From: Ktedonobacterales bacterium
GTDB lineage: Bacteria > Chloroflexota > Ktedonobacteria > Ktedonobacterales > Ktedonobacteraceae
Direction of reading: 5' to 3'
Length of the DNA: 64,000 nt
Assembly: GCA_027451525.1 (NCBI GenBank)
Contig: DAIDJF010000022.1
Coordinates: forward strand, 3,644-67,643
Shown here in pieces: positions 1 through 8,475 of the stretch (its first letter is position 1; the number at the start of each line of letters is the position of its first letter). A program made the translations under genes and the position numbers. Under the pieces are notes generated by a model. That model ran no database searches. It had not been told where the DNA came from and saw nothing but the letters and a program-made list of their open reading frames with translations.

Positions 1-1
1 G

Positions 2-424
2 CCCTTACTAGAAATTTATATTACGCTGGCCCTGACCTCGCTGGCGGGTCTGATGCTCGGCCTCACGCTCTCGGCAATCGTGGAGAACAACGACCGCGCA
101 ATGAGTTTTGTGCCGATCATCCTGATTCCGCAAATCATCTTTTCGGGAGCGATCTTTGCCCTGAACAATCCCGTTCTGCAATTCATTGGAGCCTTCTTCG
201 CCGCACACTGGGCAATGGCAGGGATGGGTTCCACTGTGGGTCTGCACGGGGATAAGGTCTTGCCAGGAGATAATTTCATCTACGCGAGCACGCTCTTCTC
301 GCCCACGACCCAGGCCGAGGCCGTTCTTCACCTGCTGCTGACGTGGTCTATCCTGGGCATCATCATCGTCGTGCTTGGCTTCGCCATCGCCTACTTCCTT
401 AAGAAAAAGGACGTGCGCGCATAA
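2..424 (+). CDS. ABC-2 type transporter permease, C-terminal part (5' end outside window)
   Basis: Frame 2 is open from position 2 to TAA 422-424. The tail (SFVPIILIPQIIFSGAIF...AHWAMAG... plus a final hydrophobic helix) resembles the last TM segments of ABC-2 exporter permeases. Confidence 0.6.
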   Translation, partial: PLLEIYITLALTSLAGLMLGLTLSAIVENNDRAMSFVPIILIPQIIFSGAIFALNNPVLQFIGAFFAAHWAMAGMGSTVGLHGDKVLPGDNFIYASTLFSPTTQAEAVLHLLLTWSILGIIIVVLGFAIAYFLKKKDVRA

Positions 425-441
425 GAACATAAGAGCAGAAA

Positions 442-499
442 AGCAGAAAAAATTGCTGGGACATGGTATGACAAGCCGCGCCCCAGCAATTTTTCTGCT
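442..499. terminator. Bidirectional stem-loop between convergent genes
   Basis: AGCAGAAAAAATTGCTGGG (442-460) pairs with CCCAGCAATTTTTCTGCT (482-499), giving an ~18-bp stem with T-rich flanks on both strands. It lies between the + permease stop and the - GT9 stop. Confidence 0.7.
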
Positions 500-500
500 T

Positions 501-1409
501 TTATGCTCGCAACATCGCTTCTAACGCGCGCCACACGTGATCTACGCTAAGGGCGGAGAGGTCGGGGGCATGCAACACGGAGACCGCTGGACCGACGGGT
601 CGCCAGATAATAGGGTCGCTGGGGCCGAAGAGGGACAGCGTGGGCAGGCCAAGTAGTGCAGCCAGATGCGTGATTCCCGCGTCATTGCCGAGATAGCCCT
701 GACAGCCTTGCAGGCGTGCGGCAAGCGCGTTAAGCGGAACATCTTGCAGGATAGTCAATAACTCGGCGCGTGACGGCGTGGGCAAGAGGTTCAGCAGGCG
801 CGTCAACAGGTCACGCTCAGCAGGTCCCGCCAATAAAAGGATCGCCTGTCCATGTTGCCAGAAACGGGTGATGAGTTCAGCAAAAGCCGGAACGGGCCAG
901 CACTTGGCGACACCACCACTGCCTGGATGAATGGCAAACGGCGCATCCTTATGTATCGGAGGGCGCGTGATAGTGACGGGTGAGCGAGTGATCTCAATGG
1001 CATTTGGCAGGCTCAACGTCTGCGCGAGGTAGGCCGTGAGATGGAGGCTTGAACCAGGAAGCGGACGGCCAGGAGCCACAATAACCTGCTTGATACGCAG
1101 GGCGCGTAGATTGCTCTCCACTCGTCCATCAGGGTCGCGCAACCAGCCAATCACAAGGTCTGCTGCTTGCAGGCGTTCGAGCAGACGTGGTGCGCGAATG
1201 CCGCGCGTGGAAAAAAGGTCGCTCCACAACATCTCTTCATAATCATACACGCTTTCGGCAATACCCCACGCTTGTGCCAGCGGCAACACGGCGGCATTGC
1301 CCACAAGGGTAAGATGGGTATAGGCATATCGTGCGCGCAATGCATGTAGGACAGGCAGGCACAGCAACGTATCGCCGAGTGCGCCAGGACGGATAACCAC
1401 TATTCGCAT
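501..1409 (-). CDS. Glycosyltransferase family 9 (heptosyltransferase-like)
   Basis: N-terminus MRIVVIRPGALGDTLLCLPVLHAL and C-terminal GNDAGITHLAA are typical GT9 motifs. Start moved to ATG 1409 (MRIVV), which avoids overlap with the upstream ORF. Confidence 0.8.
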   Translation of the reverse strand: MRIVVIRPGALGDTLLCLPVLHALRARYAYTHLTLVGNAAVLPLAQAWGIAESVYDYEEMLWSDLFSTRGIRAPRLLERLQAADLVIGWLRDPDGRVESNLRALRIKQVIVAPGRPLPGSSLHLTAYLAQTLSLPNAIEITRSPVTITRPPIHKDAPFAIHPGSGGVAKCWPVPAFAELITRFWQHGQAILLLAGPAERDLLTRLLNLLPTPSRAELLTILQDVPLNALAARLQGCQGYLGNDAGITHLAALLGLPTLSLFGPSDPIIWRPVGPAVSVLHAPDLSALSVDHVWRALEAMLRA

Positions 1410-1413
1410 ACGT

Positions 1414-1779
1414 CTATTTCTTTGCCAATGAGAGAATTTCAACGACGACGGCCGCTCCAAAGATCGTAATACCCATGAAGAGGTTCCAGCTATGCAAGGC
1501 ACGCAACAGCAGATTGAGCGTCACCGCCAGCGACAAGAGGATACTTTGCCGCAGAGCTTGACGCACGGACGCGCGGTACTGATAACGCGCCAGCACACGG
1601 GCCGCCATGCCGTAGGCCAGCGGCGTCAATGTGCAGGTAATGGCGACAATGAGCAGCAGAAAAAAGGCGACAAAGGCCATTATGTTTTGCGGAGCCACAT
1701 CGCGTGTAAAGATTACAAGGCCGGCCCACGCGAGCAGGCCCATACTGCCCGCCATGAGGAGAGCGGTGCGTGTTGTCAT
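1414..1779 (-). CDS. Small integral membrane protein (about 4 predicted TM helices), function unknown
   Basis: 121-aa ORF, strongly hydrophobic segments, AAGGA RBS 6 nt upstream of ATG 1779. It sits 15 nt downstream of the HerA-like gene and 4 nt upstream of GT9. Confidence 0.6.
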   Translation of the reverse strand: MTTRTALLMAGSMGLLAWAGLVIFTRDVAPQNIMAFVAFFLLLIVAITCTLTPLAYGMAARVLARYQYRASVRQALRQSILLSLAVTLNLLLRALHSWNLFMGITIFGAAVVVEILSLAKK

Positions 1780-1794
1780 ACTCTATCCTTTTAT

Positions 1795-3522
1795 TTATTT
1801 CAGCAAGTTAAAGCCCTTGTTGCTGTTGCCCAGAGGAGCCTCGCTACGCTTACGACTTTCAAAGGCGTCATTGCTGAAATACTGCTGCCACATATCGGGA
1901 GCGTCCTTGCTCTCGCCACCATGTTTGGTAATGCGCGTGCGCACGCGACAGATCACAGGCGTATTGACGCTTGCCCCCGCGACGATGACCTGACCTTTTG
2001 AGAGAGCCGGTAGATTATCAAGCAGGTCGCGCCCAACGCCTTCGATAGCTGCCGCCACGCTTTTCTGATCAATCTCGTTGACGATACGCATGATGCACTG
2101 AGTCTGACACTGGCTTAGCACATCGGCATCCAGTTTGCCGGGTCGCTGACTGATGAGGCCCACGCCAATGCCAAACTTACGTCCTTCCGCCAGCACCTGT
2201 TTGAGGATGCCTGTCGAGACCACCTCCGCCCCGCCAGGAGCAAAGTGGTGCGCCTCTTCTAGCAGCGTGAAGACCGGATAGGGCAGATAGGACTCGCCGG
2301 AGTGCACCTTACCGCGCTCTGTATCCATGCGCGCCTTGTAGAGACGGCGCAACAGCGTGGCGACAATCACCTGCTGGTCACGGTCATCAATCTCGTTGAG
2401 TTGTAGCACGGTACACTGTCCAGGCTTCAAGATTTCCGAGAGGTCGAGATGCTGGGAATCATCGAAGGTAAAACTATTCTCGAAGCGTTGCGAGAGACGC
2501 CATTCGAGGGCGCGCACCGTCGTGGAGTCATCGGCCCCATCATCATCATCATTCTTCTGCTTTGCCACATCGTTGATAGCTTTTTTCAGGTCCGCCAATC
2601 CCCAAAGAGGTTTGTTCTTATTCTCCTGCACTTTGCGCAAAGCGCGTCCTAACAGATATTGCTGTTTCTCCGTCATCTCCGTCAACAACTGACGCATATC
2701 CCCCATATTGAGCGAAGAGAGGCGCACCTTGACCTGCTCAGGCTTGTAGATACGCACCTGCGCACGATAGCCACTGCCGCGTCCGTCACCCGCCTCGGAG
2801 AATTGCGCGAAATTGGGCAGTTGATCGAGTGTACTGTATTCGCCATGCGGATCAATAATCAGCACGCTGGCTTTATTATGTGGCTGCATCAATTCTTCAA
2901 TCAGGACGCTCGCCAGATAGCTTTTGCCAGCCCCCGTGCTGGCAATGATCGCGAGATGCGTACTGACCACATCCTTGACAGAGAGGACGATAGGAACTGC
3001 CCCTGGAGCGCGTGTCAGGAGCGAGCCAATGGTTGCCGAACCGGGCTGCTTCTCCTTCTTGCGGCTAAGGATATCGGTAAGCATGGCATCATCGGCGAGG
3101 TAGATTTTCTTGCCTGACTGCGGCGGAATCCAGGGATTGATAAACGAGCCAGTCACGTGGTCATAATAGCCCATGATCGCAACGTGCATCTCAAAGAGAT
3201 CGTTGGCGCGTGCATTATAACCAACCATTGCCGCGACCTGCGAGGGCGAGATTTCTGGTTCACCCAGGAAGGTATCGGGATAGAGTTGCAGAGGCACGCG
3301 CTTGAGGATACGCCCCAGCACCCGCCGTAGCGCAAATTGACCGTTCTGGCTCTCCAGATCTGGCTCTTCCAGCTCATAATACACGTATTCGCCGTTTTTG
3401 AGGCGTTGCTGCTCATCGCGTGAAACAAAGGTATATTCATGGGTCGTCTCGCCTGGCCCTTTCGTAATGCCAACCGCGCTACGCATCAACGGTTCTTGCG
3501 AGAATGCTGTGTAATCGAACAT
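1795..3522 (-). CDS. HerA-like (DUF87) FtsK/HerA-superfamily ATPase
   Basis: Walker A AIIASTGAGKSY, Walker B/HerA motif VLIIDPHGEY, LLEEAHHFAP, RKFGIGVGLISQRPGKLD...CQTQCIMRIVNEID. N-terminal barrel-like domain. GGGAGG RBS upstream. Confidence 0.85.
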   Translation of the reverse strand: MFDYTAFSQEPLMRSAVGITKGPGETTHEYTFVSRDEQQRLKNGEYVYYELEEPDLESQNGQFALRRVLGRILKRVPLQLYPDTFLGEPEISPSQVAAMVGYNARANDLFEMHVAIMGYYDHVTGSFINPWIPPQSGKKIYLADDAMLTDILSRKKEKQPGSATIGSLLTRAPGAVPIVLSVKDVVSTHLAIIASTGAGKSYLASVLIEELMQPHNKASVLIIDPHGEYSTLDQLPNFAQFSEAGDGRGSGYRAQVRIYKPEQVKVRLSSLNMGDMRQLLTEMTEKQQYLLGRALRKVQENKNKPLWGLADLKKAINDVAKQKNDDDDGADDSTTVRALEWRLSQRFENSFTFDDSQHLDLSEILKPGQCTVLQLNEIDDRDQQVIVATLLRRLYKARMDTERGKVHSGESYLPYPVFTLLEEAHHFAPGGAEVVSTGILKQVLAEGRKFGIGVGLISQRPGKLDADVLSQCQTQCIMRIVNEIDQKSVAAAIEGVGRDLLDNLPALSKGQVIVAGASVNTPVICRVRTRITKHGGESKDAPDMWQQYFSNDAFESRKRSEAPLGNSNKGFNLLK

Positions 3523-3537
3523 TGGCTTTAGCCTCCC

Positions 3538-4233
3538 TTATCCTGCGGTTTCCACTTTGAGACGCCAGGCGAAATTGCGTTTGACAATAGAAAGTAGGGC
3601 GAGATTTTGAGGAAAGAGGCGTTCAAGCTGTTCAATGATACGAAGCGTGACCATCGGGAGCAGACTATTGCGTTGCGCGATAATATGTGGCAAATAGCCC
3701 ATGTGCAGGTAAGGACGTGTGTTATCTGGCCCTGTGATATCGCGGAAAAAGTGGAAGGCGCGCACCTGCTCGTCGTCCATCGTCTCAATCTCACATTCCA
3801 ATTCGAGCGCGAGCGGCGGGATGCCATGCGTCACGGCGTATCTTTCGGTCTGATTGCCAGCATAGGGGCGCATCTCCATCATACCCAGGACCATAATGTA
3901 GACCAGCACGGCCTTCTCATTGATATAATCCGGCGAAAAAATCTCTACCTGAGTTTCATTCGAGAGACGTGGCCCCAGCGTACCAAAAGCGGGATTTTGC
4001 AGAATAGTATCGTAGATGACGCCCACGACATAGATGGTGGGTTCGCTGCTTCCACCAGGAGAAGATGGAGCGTCAAAGAGGTCATTGCCCTGGCGCGCGC
4101 GCATGAGAACGCGCACAAAACGCCCAAAGGCATAATCCTCCGGTCGAGGATAGCTTTCACTATCATAAGGACCATTAATATGACAAATATAATTAATATG
4201 TGACTCTGATTTGACGATTTTGCCGATTAACAT
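3538..4233 (-). CDS. Hypothetical protein, first gene of the HerA-like operon (no family recognised)
   Basis: 231-aa ORF. Its TAA stop (3538-3540) abuts the RBS of the HerA-like gene. No NurA, Sir2 or nuclease motif recognised by eye. N-terminus MLIGKIVKSESHINYICHI looks like the start of a beta-barrel. Confidence 0.55.
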   Translation of the reverse strand: MLIGKIVKSESHINYICHINGPYDSESYPRPEDYAFGRFVRVLMRARQGNDLFDAPSSPGGSSEPTIYVVGVIYDTILQNPAFGTLGPRLSNETQVEIFSPDYINEKAVLVYIMVLGMMEMRPYAGNQTERYAVTHGIPPLALELECEIETMDDEQVRAFHFFRDITGPDNTRPYLHMGYLPHIIAQRNSLLPMVTLRIIEQLERLFPQNLALLSIVKRNFAWRLKVETAG

Positions 4234-4470
4234 ACTGTGTCACGCTCCCTGCCCGCTCTTTCTGCCGAGCTAAACCAATCCTCTTTATTAGAACAGATGA
4301 TTAAGGCAATTATAACATAGACCGATTGTTTTGCGCCGCTTTCGCGCTCGATAAAGACATAAACAGGTGCAAATAGTACCTATCCTATGCTTGAAATTTT
4401 GTTGACGCTATGTTACATGTAATGAGGATTATTGTTTTTCGACGATAGTATTAAGGAGCGTGAACATTCC

Positions 4471-4893
4471 ATGTCCACGTCACATTCATCGCCATTGCCT
4501 GAAGAAATCTCCACATCTTCCCAAAAGATTAGCAGGCAACACCCGACATGTCGTCCACCAGAGGTTGATCAGTATGTTGATGCGTTCCTCTCCGCCGTGT
4601 GCGATACGAGTCGCCGCTACATTTTAGAGCTACTGGCTCAACCTAAAGAAGGTGAAGAGCACACATTACCGGAAAAACGTTCAGGCGAGATTGCGAGCGC
4701 AATTGGCCTCGCACCAGCGACAACATCAGAACATCTACGCCATCTTTTACGCGCGGGCCTTTTGACATCGCGGCGCGATGGCAATATGATCTACTACAGT
4801 TTACGCAATCATACGTTAGTACACGCCTTTCAGGAACTCATGGAGGCCCTGGATAACGATTATTACAATGAGCAGGGAGTACGCCTCCTGTGA
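4471..4893 (+). CDS. ArsR/SmtB family transcriptional regulator
   Basis: Winged-HTH signature RRYILELLAQ...GEIASAIGLAPATTSEHLRHLLRAGLLTSRRDGNMIYYSL. Start set at ATG 4471 behind AAGGAG, since the longer 4432 TTG start lacks an RBS. Confidence 0.8.
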   Translation: MSTSHSSPLPEEISTSSQKISRQHPTCRPPEVDQYVDAFLSAVCDTSRRYILELLAQPKEGEEHTLPEKRSGEIASAIGLAPATTSEHLRHLLRAGLLTSRRDGNMIYYSLRNHTLVHAFQELMEALDNDYYNEQGVRLL

Positions 4894-4897
4894 GTGC

Positions 4898-5392
4898 TCA
4901 TTCGCCCGCGCTGGCACCAACCACAAAGGCATCAACCTGCTTGAGTTTGCCGCGCCAATAGGGAAGTTTGACTTTATGGCCCGCGCTCATAATCGTCACG
5001 TCACGCAAGTGAACGTAACGGAAAAGCGTGGGCAATCCTTCTGGACCAATCTCTGGTTGGTCAGGAGCGGGAATCAGAGCACGATAATACTCTTGCAAGA
5101 AGTCTGCGGTCTCCGGTTCTTGCTGACGATAGAGTTCCTCGTGCAGGTCAATATAAAACTGCGCATAGGCTTGCGTACTAACCATCGTCCCAAAGACCAG
5201 CAGCCCATGCATCTGCAACATGACTTCGATCTCCAGTCCCTGCTGCTCAACCAGACGTGCCCACGCCTGAAGGGCAACATCCTGCTCGCCATACTCGGAA
5301 AGCCAGAGATTGCGCCGTTCGACGCGCGTCATTGGACGGAACGCGCTCTCGGTTGCGCCCGTCTCCTGTGGTGTATGCTCTTCTTGTGCCAT
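4898..5392 (-). CDS. Hypothetical protein
   Basis: 164-aa ORF with coding-like composition, convergent with the ArsR gene. No family recognised. Confidence 0.5.
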   Translation of the reverse strand: MAQEEHTPQETGATESAFRPMTRVERRNLWLSEYGEQDVALQAWARLVEQQGLEIEVMLQMHGLLVFGTMVSTQAYAQFYIDLHEELYRQQEPETADFLQEYYRALIPAPDQPEIGPEGLPTLFRYVHLRDVTIMSAGHKVKLPYWRGKLKQVDAFVVGASAGE

Positions 5393-5690
5393 GCGTAACT
5401 CCTCTACTCTCTGCTCATATGTTCTGGCCTTATTAAACCACAGAATACCTCAATCGTGCCAAAGTAAATAGGCTATTCACTGTCTCGTCACATCGCTATC
5501 ACATGATGCGACGAGTGCGTTGATCAGAAAAAGAGACGTAAGCCTGCGCAGGACATGCTGTTCGTAGCGAAGACAGAGGTGGCATTCCTGGCATGCTATC
5601 CAAATTGGTAGAGAACAAACCAGCGCGTTACCTCGTTCGTAGTAGAGATGATATACATACGATATTTTTGAAAGCGAGGCGAGAAAACGC

Positions 5691-6875
5691 ATGACACGCA
5701 GAGGCAGGCGGGACTCCGAGTATTGGGAAGAGCCAGAAGAGGAGTACTACGAGAATGAGTATGATGAAGAGGACGGTGAGTATGATGAGGAAGAAGAAGA
5801 GTATTACGAGCCGCGCCCACAACCACGCAGGAGACGCCGGGCACGTCCGCGCAAACGGCGCATCTGGCCCACGCTCCTTATGGGATGTGGATTGGGCATC
5901 TTCCTTGTGGTACTTGCCGCAGCCGCTGTCGTATTTTTCGCCATCCGCTCTATTCCGGGTGTCGGCTCACAAAATGGTTTGGGCGGCCTGGGAACCATCA
6001 ACAATGGCACAGCCTATACACAGACGATTCCAATCGCTCCCATTCAGTTAAACACGCTGACACAGATACAAATCTGCGATAAGATTGGCAATGTCACGCT
6101 AACAACCTCATCTGATCCAAATGCGAACACCATTACCGTAACGGCAACCAAAGTCGTGCAGACCAGTAGCCAAAGTCAGGCGAATCAGGAGTTTCAGCGG
6201 CTTTCAGTCGAGACCCAACCACCGACGACGTTGACAACTACACCGACCTGCACAGCTCAAACCGCCGTGCCCACGGCCACAACAGGGCAGGGCACCAGCA
6301 ATAGCACGCTAACCATCAATGCTATTATGCCCGATGTGAGCAATATGCTACACGGAGCGAGTGATTCGATTAATATTGCTGTCACGCTCCCCAGCAACCT
6401 CGTGCAACAGGCAGGCCCCGGTTTGTCAGTGCTCATTAATGCGCCACTTGGCAATATCACAATGGATAATGTAAGCGGTAATTTGCAAGTCAAAGCCAGT
6501 AGCGGCAACATCAAGATCAGCCACGCCGTCATAGAAATCGGCTCACACATCGAGACCGGGCAGGGCAATATCACCTTTAGCGGCGTGCTTGGACAAAGCA
6601 GTACGGCAAACGGGCAGACGGCACGCTACCTTTTCCAGTGTGAGCAGGGCAACATTGATCTCACGCTGCCGACGACCACAAATGTGACAGTCGATGCCAA
6701 CACGAATGTTGGTACAATTGGCGGTGATTTTCACCTGGCCGTACAGAATAGCAATGGTATCACAACCTATAACGGCCCGCTCTCCTCTACAGCAGGCACG
6801 CCCCCAGCAAATCTTCTGCTGGTCACAGATGTCAGCACGGGCAATATTACCTTTCACGCCCTACAATCCTCGTGA
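5691..6875 (+). CDS. Membrane-anchored protein with DUF4097-like (putative adhesin) beta-helix repeats
   Basis: Acidic then poly-Arg N-terminus, one TM helix (WPTLLMGCGLGIFLVVLAAAAVVFFAI), then repeated GNIT/GNIK/GNID strands (GNITMDNVSGNLQV..SGNIKIS..GNITFSG..GNIDLTL..GNITFHA). Confidence 0.7.
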   Translation: MTRRGRRDSEYWEEPEEEYYENEYDEEDGEYDEEEEEYYEPRPQPRRRRRARPRKRRIWPTLLMGCGLGIFLVVLAAAAVVFFAIRSIPGVGSQNGLGGLGTINNGTAYTQTIPIAPIQLNTLTQIQICDKIGNVTLTTSSDPNANTITVTATKVVQTSSQSQANQEFQRLSVETQPPTTLTTTPTCTAQTAVPTATTGQGTSNSTLTINAIMPDVSNMLHGASDSINIAVTLPSNLVQQAGPGLSVLINAPLGNITMDNVSGNLQVKASSGNIKISHAVIEIGSHIETGQGNITFSGVLGQSSTANGQTARYLFQCEQGNIDLTLPTTTNVTVDANTNVGTIGGDFHLAVQNSNGITTYNGPLSSTAGTPPANLLLVTDVSTGNITFHALQSS

Positions 6876-6955
6876 GCATGGTGCAGATTCCTGTATACAT
6901 AAGTGAAAAGTTATGTATAGTATCCAGAAGACCTATCCTAATTCGTAGACTTTCG

Positions 6956-7000
6956 CCCCTCGCTCCTGGTAGACTTTACTGCATAGCCAGGAACGAGGGG
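6956..7000 (+). terminator. Stem-loop downstream of the DUF4097-like gene
   Basis: CCCCTCGCTCCTGG (6956-6969) pairs with CCAGGAACGAGGGG (6987-7000), 13/14 bp. There is no clear U-run, so termination is uncertain. Confidence 0.4.
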
Positions 7001-7135
7001 CAACCCATAATTGCAGAGCGACGTTCCTGTTATCACGGGTAATATGGTACAAACAGCTGTACTATCCCGACCTATACTCATCCACCTGGATAGATGGTGA
7101 GCCTGTTGAACTTATCACGTGGGAGGAAATGATCT

Positions 7136-7393
7136 ATGATTATACAGAGAACAAGCAATGACTTACATGAGGCGATTATACACACTATACCAGGTGCATC
7201 CCTTGACACCCTGTATCAGTCCCGCAAAGTAGCACAGAAACGCGCCGCTCGCCCCGCCACGCATCGCTGGGTGTGCGAAGCATGCGGTATGCCCCATACA
7301 GGTTCTCTGCCAACCGAATGCGAAAGCTGTGGACGCGCCGATGCCTTTGCCCCAGAACAGCATCCTCGCACAGAGATATTTAGCCGCTGGTAG
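7136..7393 (+). CDS. Small rubredoxin-like zinc-ribbon protein
   Basis: 85 aa, GGGAGG RBS 9 nt upstream. WVCEACGMPHTGSLPTECESCG is a CxxC...CxxC knuckle pair. Confidence 0.55.
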   Translation: MIIQRTSNDLHEAIIHTIPGASLDTLYQSRKVAQKRAARPATHRWVCEACGMPHTGSLPTECESCGRADAFAPEQHPRTEIFSRW

Positions 7394-7433
7394 TATACTG
7401 ATAGTATATAAGATTGGCTTTATAAGATGAAGA

Positions 7434-7515
7434 GGGCGAGGGCAAGCCTCGCTCCTACAATGAAGCGATGTCTGTTATGCATGTGTTCATTGTAAGGGCG
7501 AGGCTTGCCCTCGCC
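7434..7515. repeat. Composite palindromic repeat (hairpin - CCTACAATGA...TCATTGTAAGG - hairpin)
   Basis: GGGCGAGGGCAAGCCTCGCTCCTACAATGA...TTCATTGTAAGGGCGAGGCTTGCCCTCGCC. Same architecture as the copies at 14307, 19262 and 47722. Lies between convergent genes. Confidence 0.85.
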
Positions 7516-7542
7516 TTATTTATGTTGTTTTGACTTTTCCTA

Positions 7543-7968
7543 CTATTTGGGCGATATTTCGGGCACTATTTCAATATAGGTGCGCGTCAGCTTGCGTATA
7601 TTGCCCACAAACATGAAAGCTTTGTACATAAAGCCATATTTACGCGCTAACAGGTCGCTGGCACGGGCAAATTCGCTGGCCGGGAGTTCACGCGCCTGTC
7701 CCTCAATCTCTTTGCCATCGCCCACAATCTGACCAGAGCGCGTGCAAGGCGTGAGCGTCACATGCCCGTTGTTGCGTATGCGTTTCACCTTACCCGTGTT
7801 GCTGACCGTCATAAAATAGAGTCGGCCCTGCTGATCATGGGCGAACCAGATCGGCGTGGGAACGGCTACCCCGCTCTTGCGAAACGTTCTAAGTAACGCA
7901 AACTGGTAGGGATAGAGTGAGGTGAATGGGGAAAGCGCGTCCTGCTGCGCATTATTCTCAACTGCCAT
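7543..7968 (-). CDS. PPOX-class (pyridoxamine 5'-phosphate oxidase family, probably F420-dependent) protein
   Basis: LLRTFRKSGVAVPTPIWFAHDQQGRLYFMTVSNTGKVKRIRNNGHVTLTPC... is typical of this split-barrel family. Start set to ATG 7968 behind GGAGGC. Confidence 0.7.
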   Translation of the reverse strand: MAVENNAQQDALSPFTSLYPYQFALLRTFRKSGVAVPTPIWFAHDQQGRLYFMTVSNTGKVKRIRNNGHVTLTPCTRSGQIVGDGKEIEGQARELPASEFARASDLLARKYGFMYKAFMFVGNIRKLTRTYIEIVPEISPK

Positions 7969-8125
7969 TGTATTTCTGCCTCCTTGATAGATACTTATAA
8001 CACTATTACTGCTTGCTACGAGACGTTGCCCACAAAACAATTGGGTAACATCCTCTTTTTCTCCTACTCGATAGGGCTGCGTGCTACGATTGCACAATAC
8101 TTGTGTAGCATACAGTTTTAAACTG

Positions 8126-8321
8126 TGCTATACTAGTAACGCAAAAATGGCCTTTCTCGTGAGCGGCTACCCTACTGGCTATCTCGGACTCACCTCTAGC
8201 GACTCTGAAAAACTGCCACAGGCCGAGGTCGTGTACACGAACGCGCGTATCTAGCAACTTTAACGCACATCCACCACAACATATATTGACAGAGCGACTA
8301 CGGAAGTCGCTCTGTTTTTTT
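8126..8321 (+). ncRNA. Orphan transcription unit (candidate small RNA or near-leaderless 35-codon ORF)
   Basis: Extended -10 TGcTATACT (8126-8134) and a strong intrinsic terminator (8290-8321), with no conventional + strand CDS between them. Its only ORF (ATG 8147, 35 codons) has no RBS. Confidence 0.3.
8290..8321 (+). terminator. Rho-independent terminator
   Basis: CAGAGCGACT-acgga-AGTCGCTCTG, a perfect 10-bp stem followed by TTTTTTT (8315-8321). Confidence 0.85.
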
Positions 8322-8345
8322 GCCCCGAATAAGTCGAGAAGAGAC

Positions 8346-8374
8346 TTGACATCCATTACAGCATAACATATACT
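8346..8374 (+). promoter_or_regulatory. Sigma-70-type promoter of the VIT-family gene
   Basis: TTGACA (8346-8351), 17-nt spacer, TATACT (8369-8374). Confidence 0.65.
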
Positions 8375-8388
8375 TTGAGTAATGAAAT

Positions 8389-8407
8389 GAGAATGATTAT
8401 CATTATT
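8389..8407. promoter_or_regulatory. Fur-family box
   Basis: GAGAATGATTATCATTATT matches the 19-bp consensus GATAATGATAATCATTATC at 16/19 positions. Core AATGAT-T-ATCATT is a perfect palindrome, located 15 nt downstream of the -10. Confidence 0.6.
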
Positions 8408-8475
8408 AGGGTGACCTAATATCGTGATAGAGGCAACACCAGAGAGACAGTAAGATAAGAGAGGCTATCGGCATA

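Noticed and set aside
1410-1502. Longer N-terminal extensions given by the ORF track. Examples: GT9 from 1502, sufS from 14278, sufC from 16794, sufD from 15959, nuoF from 42843, nuoH from 46395, nuoI from 47816, SDR from 29199.
   Set aside because: In each case an internal ATG or GTG preceded by a Shine-Dalgarno-like sequence coincides with the conserved family N-terminus. It also removes an implausible overlap with the upstream gene.
3538-4233. Calling the HerA partner NurA
   Set aside because: At 231 aa it is well below typical NurA size, and I could not see the NurA catalytic Asp (DGS-like) motif. It is left as unknown.
4413-4422. TTACATGTAA perfect palindrome upstream of the ArsR gene as its operator
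   Set aside because: It is only 10 bp, in AT-rich promoter DNA. It is plausible, but a chance palindrome cannot be excluded without comparative data.
8084-8356. 90-aa minus-strand ORF across the orphan transcription unit
   Set aside because: It has no RBS and would run through a + strand terminator and the VIT promoter. Its composition is not coding-like. The + strand promoter/terminator pair is the better explanation.
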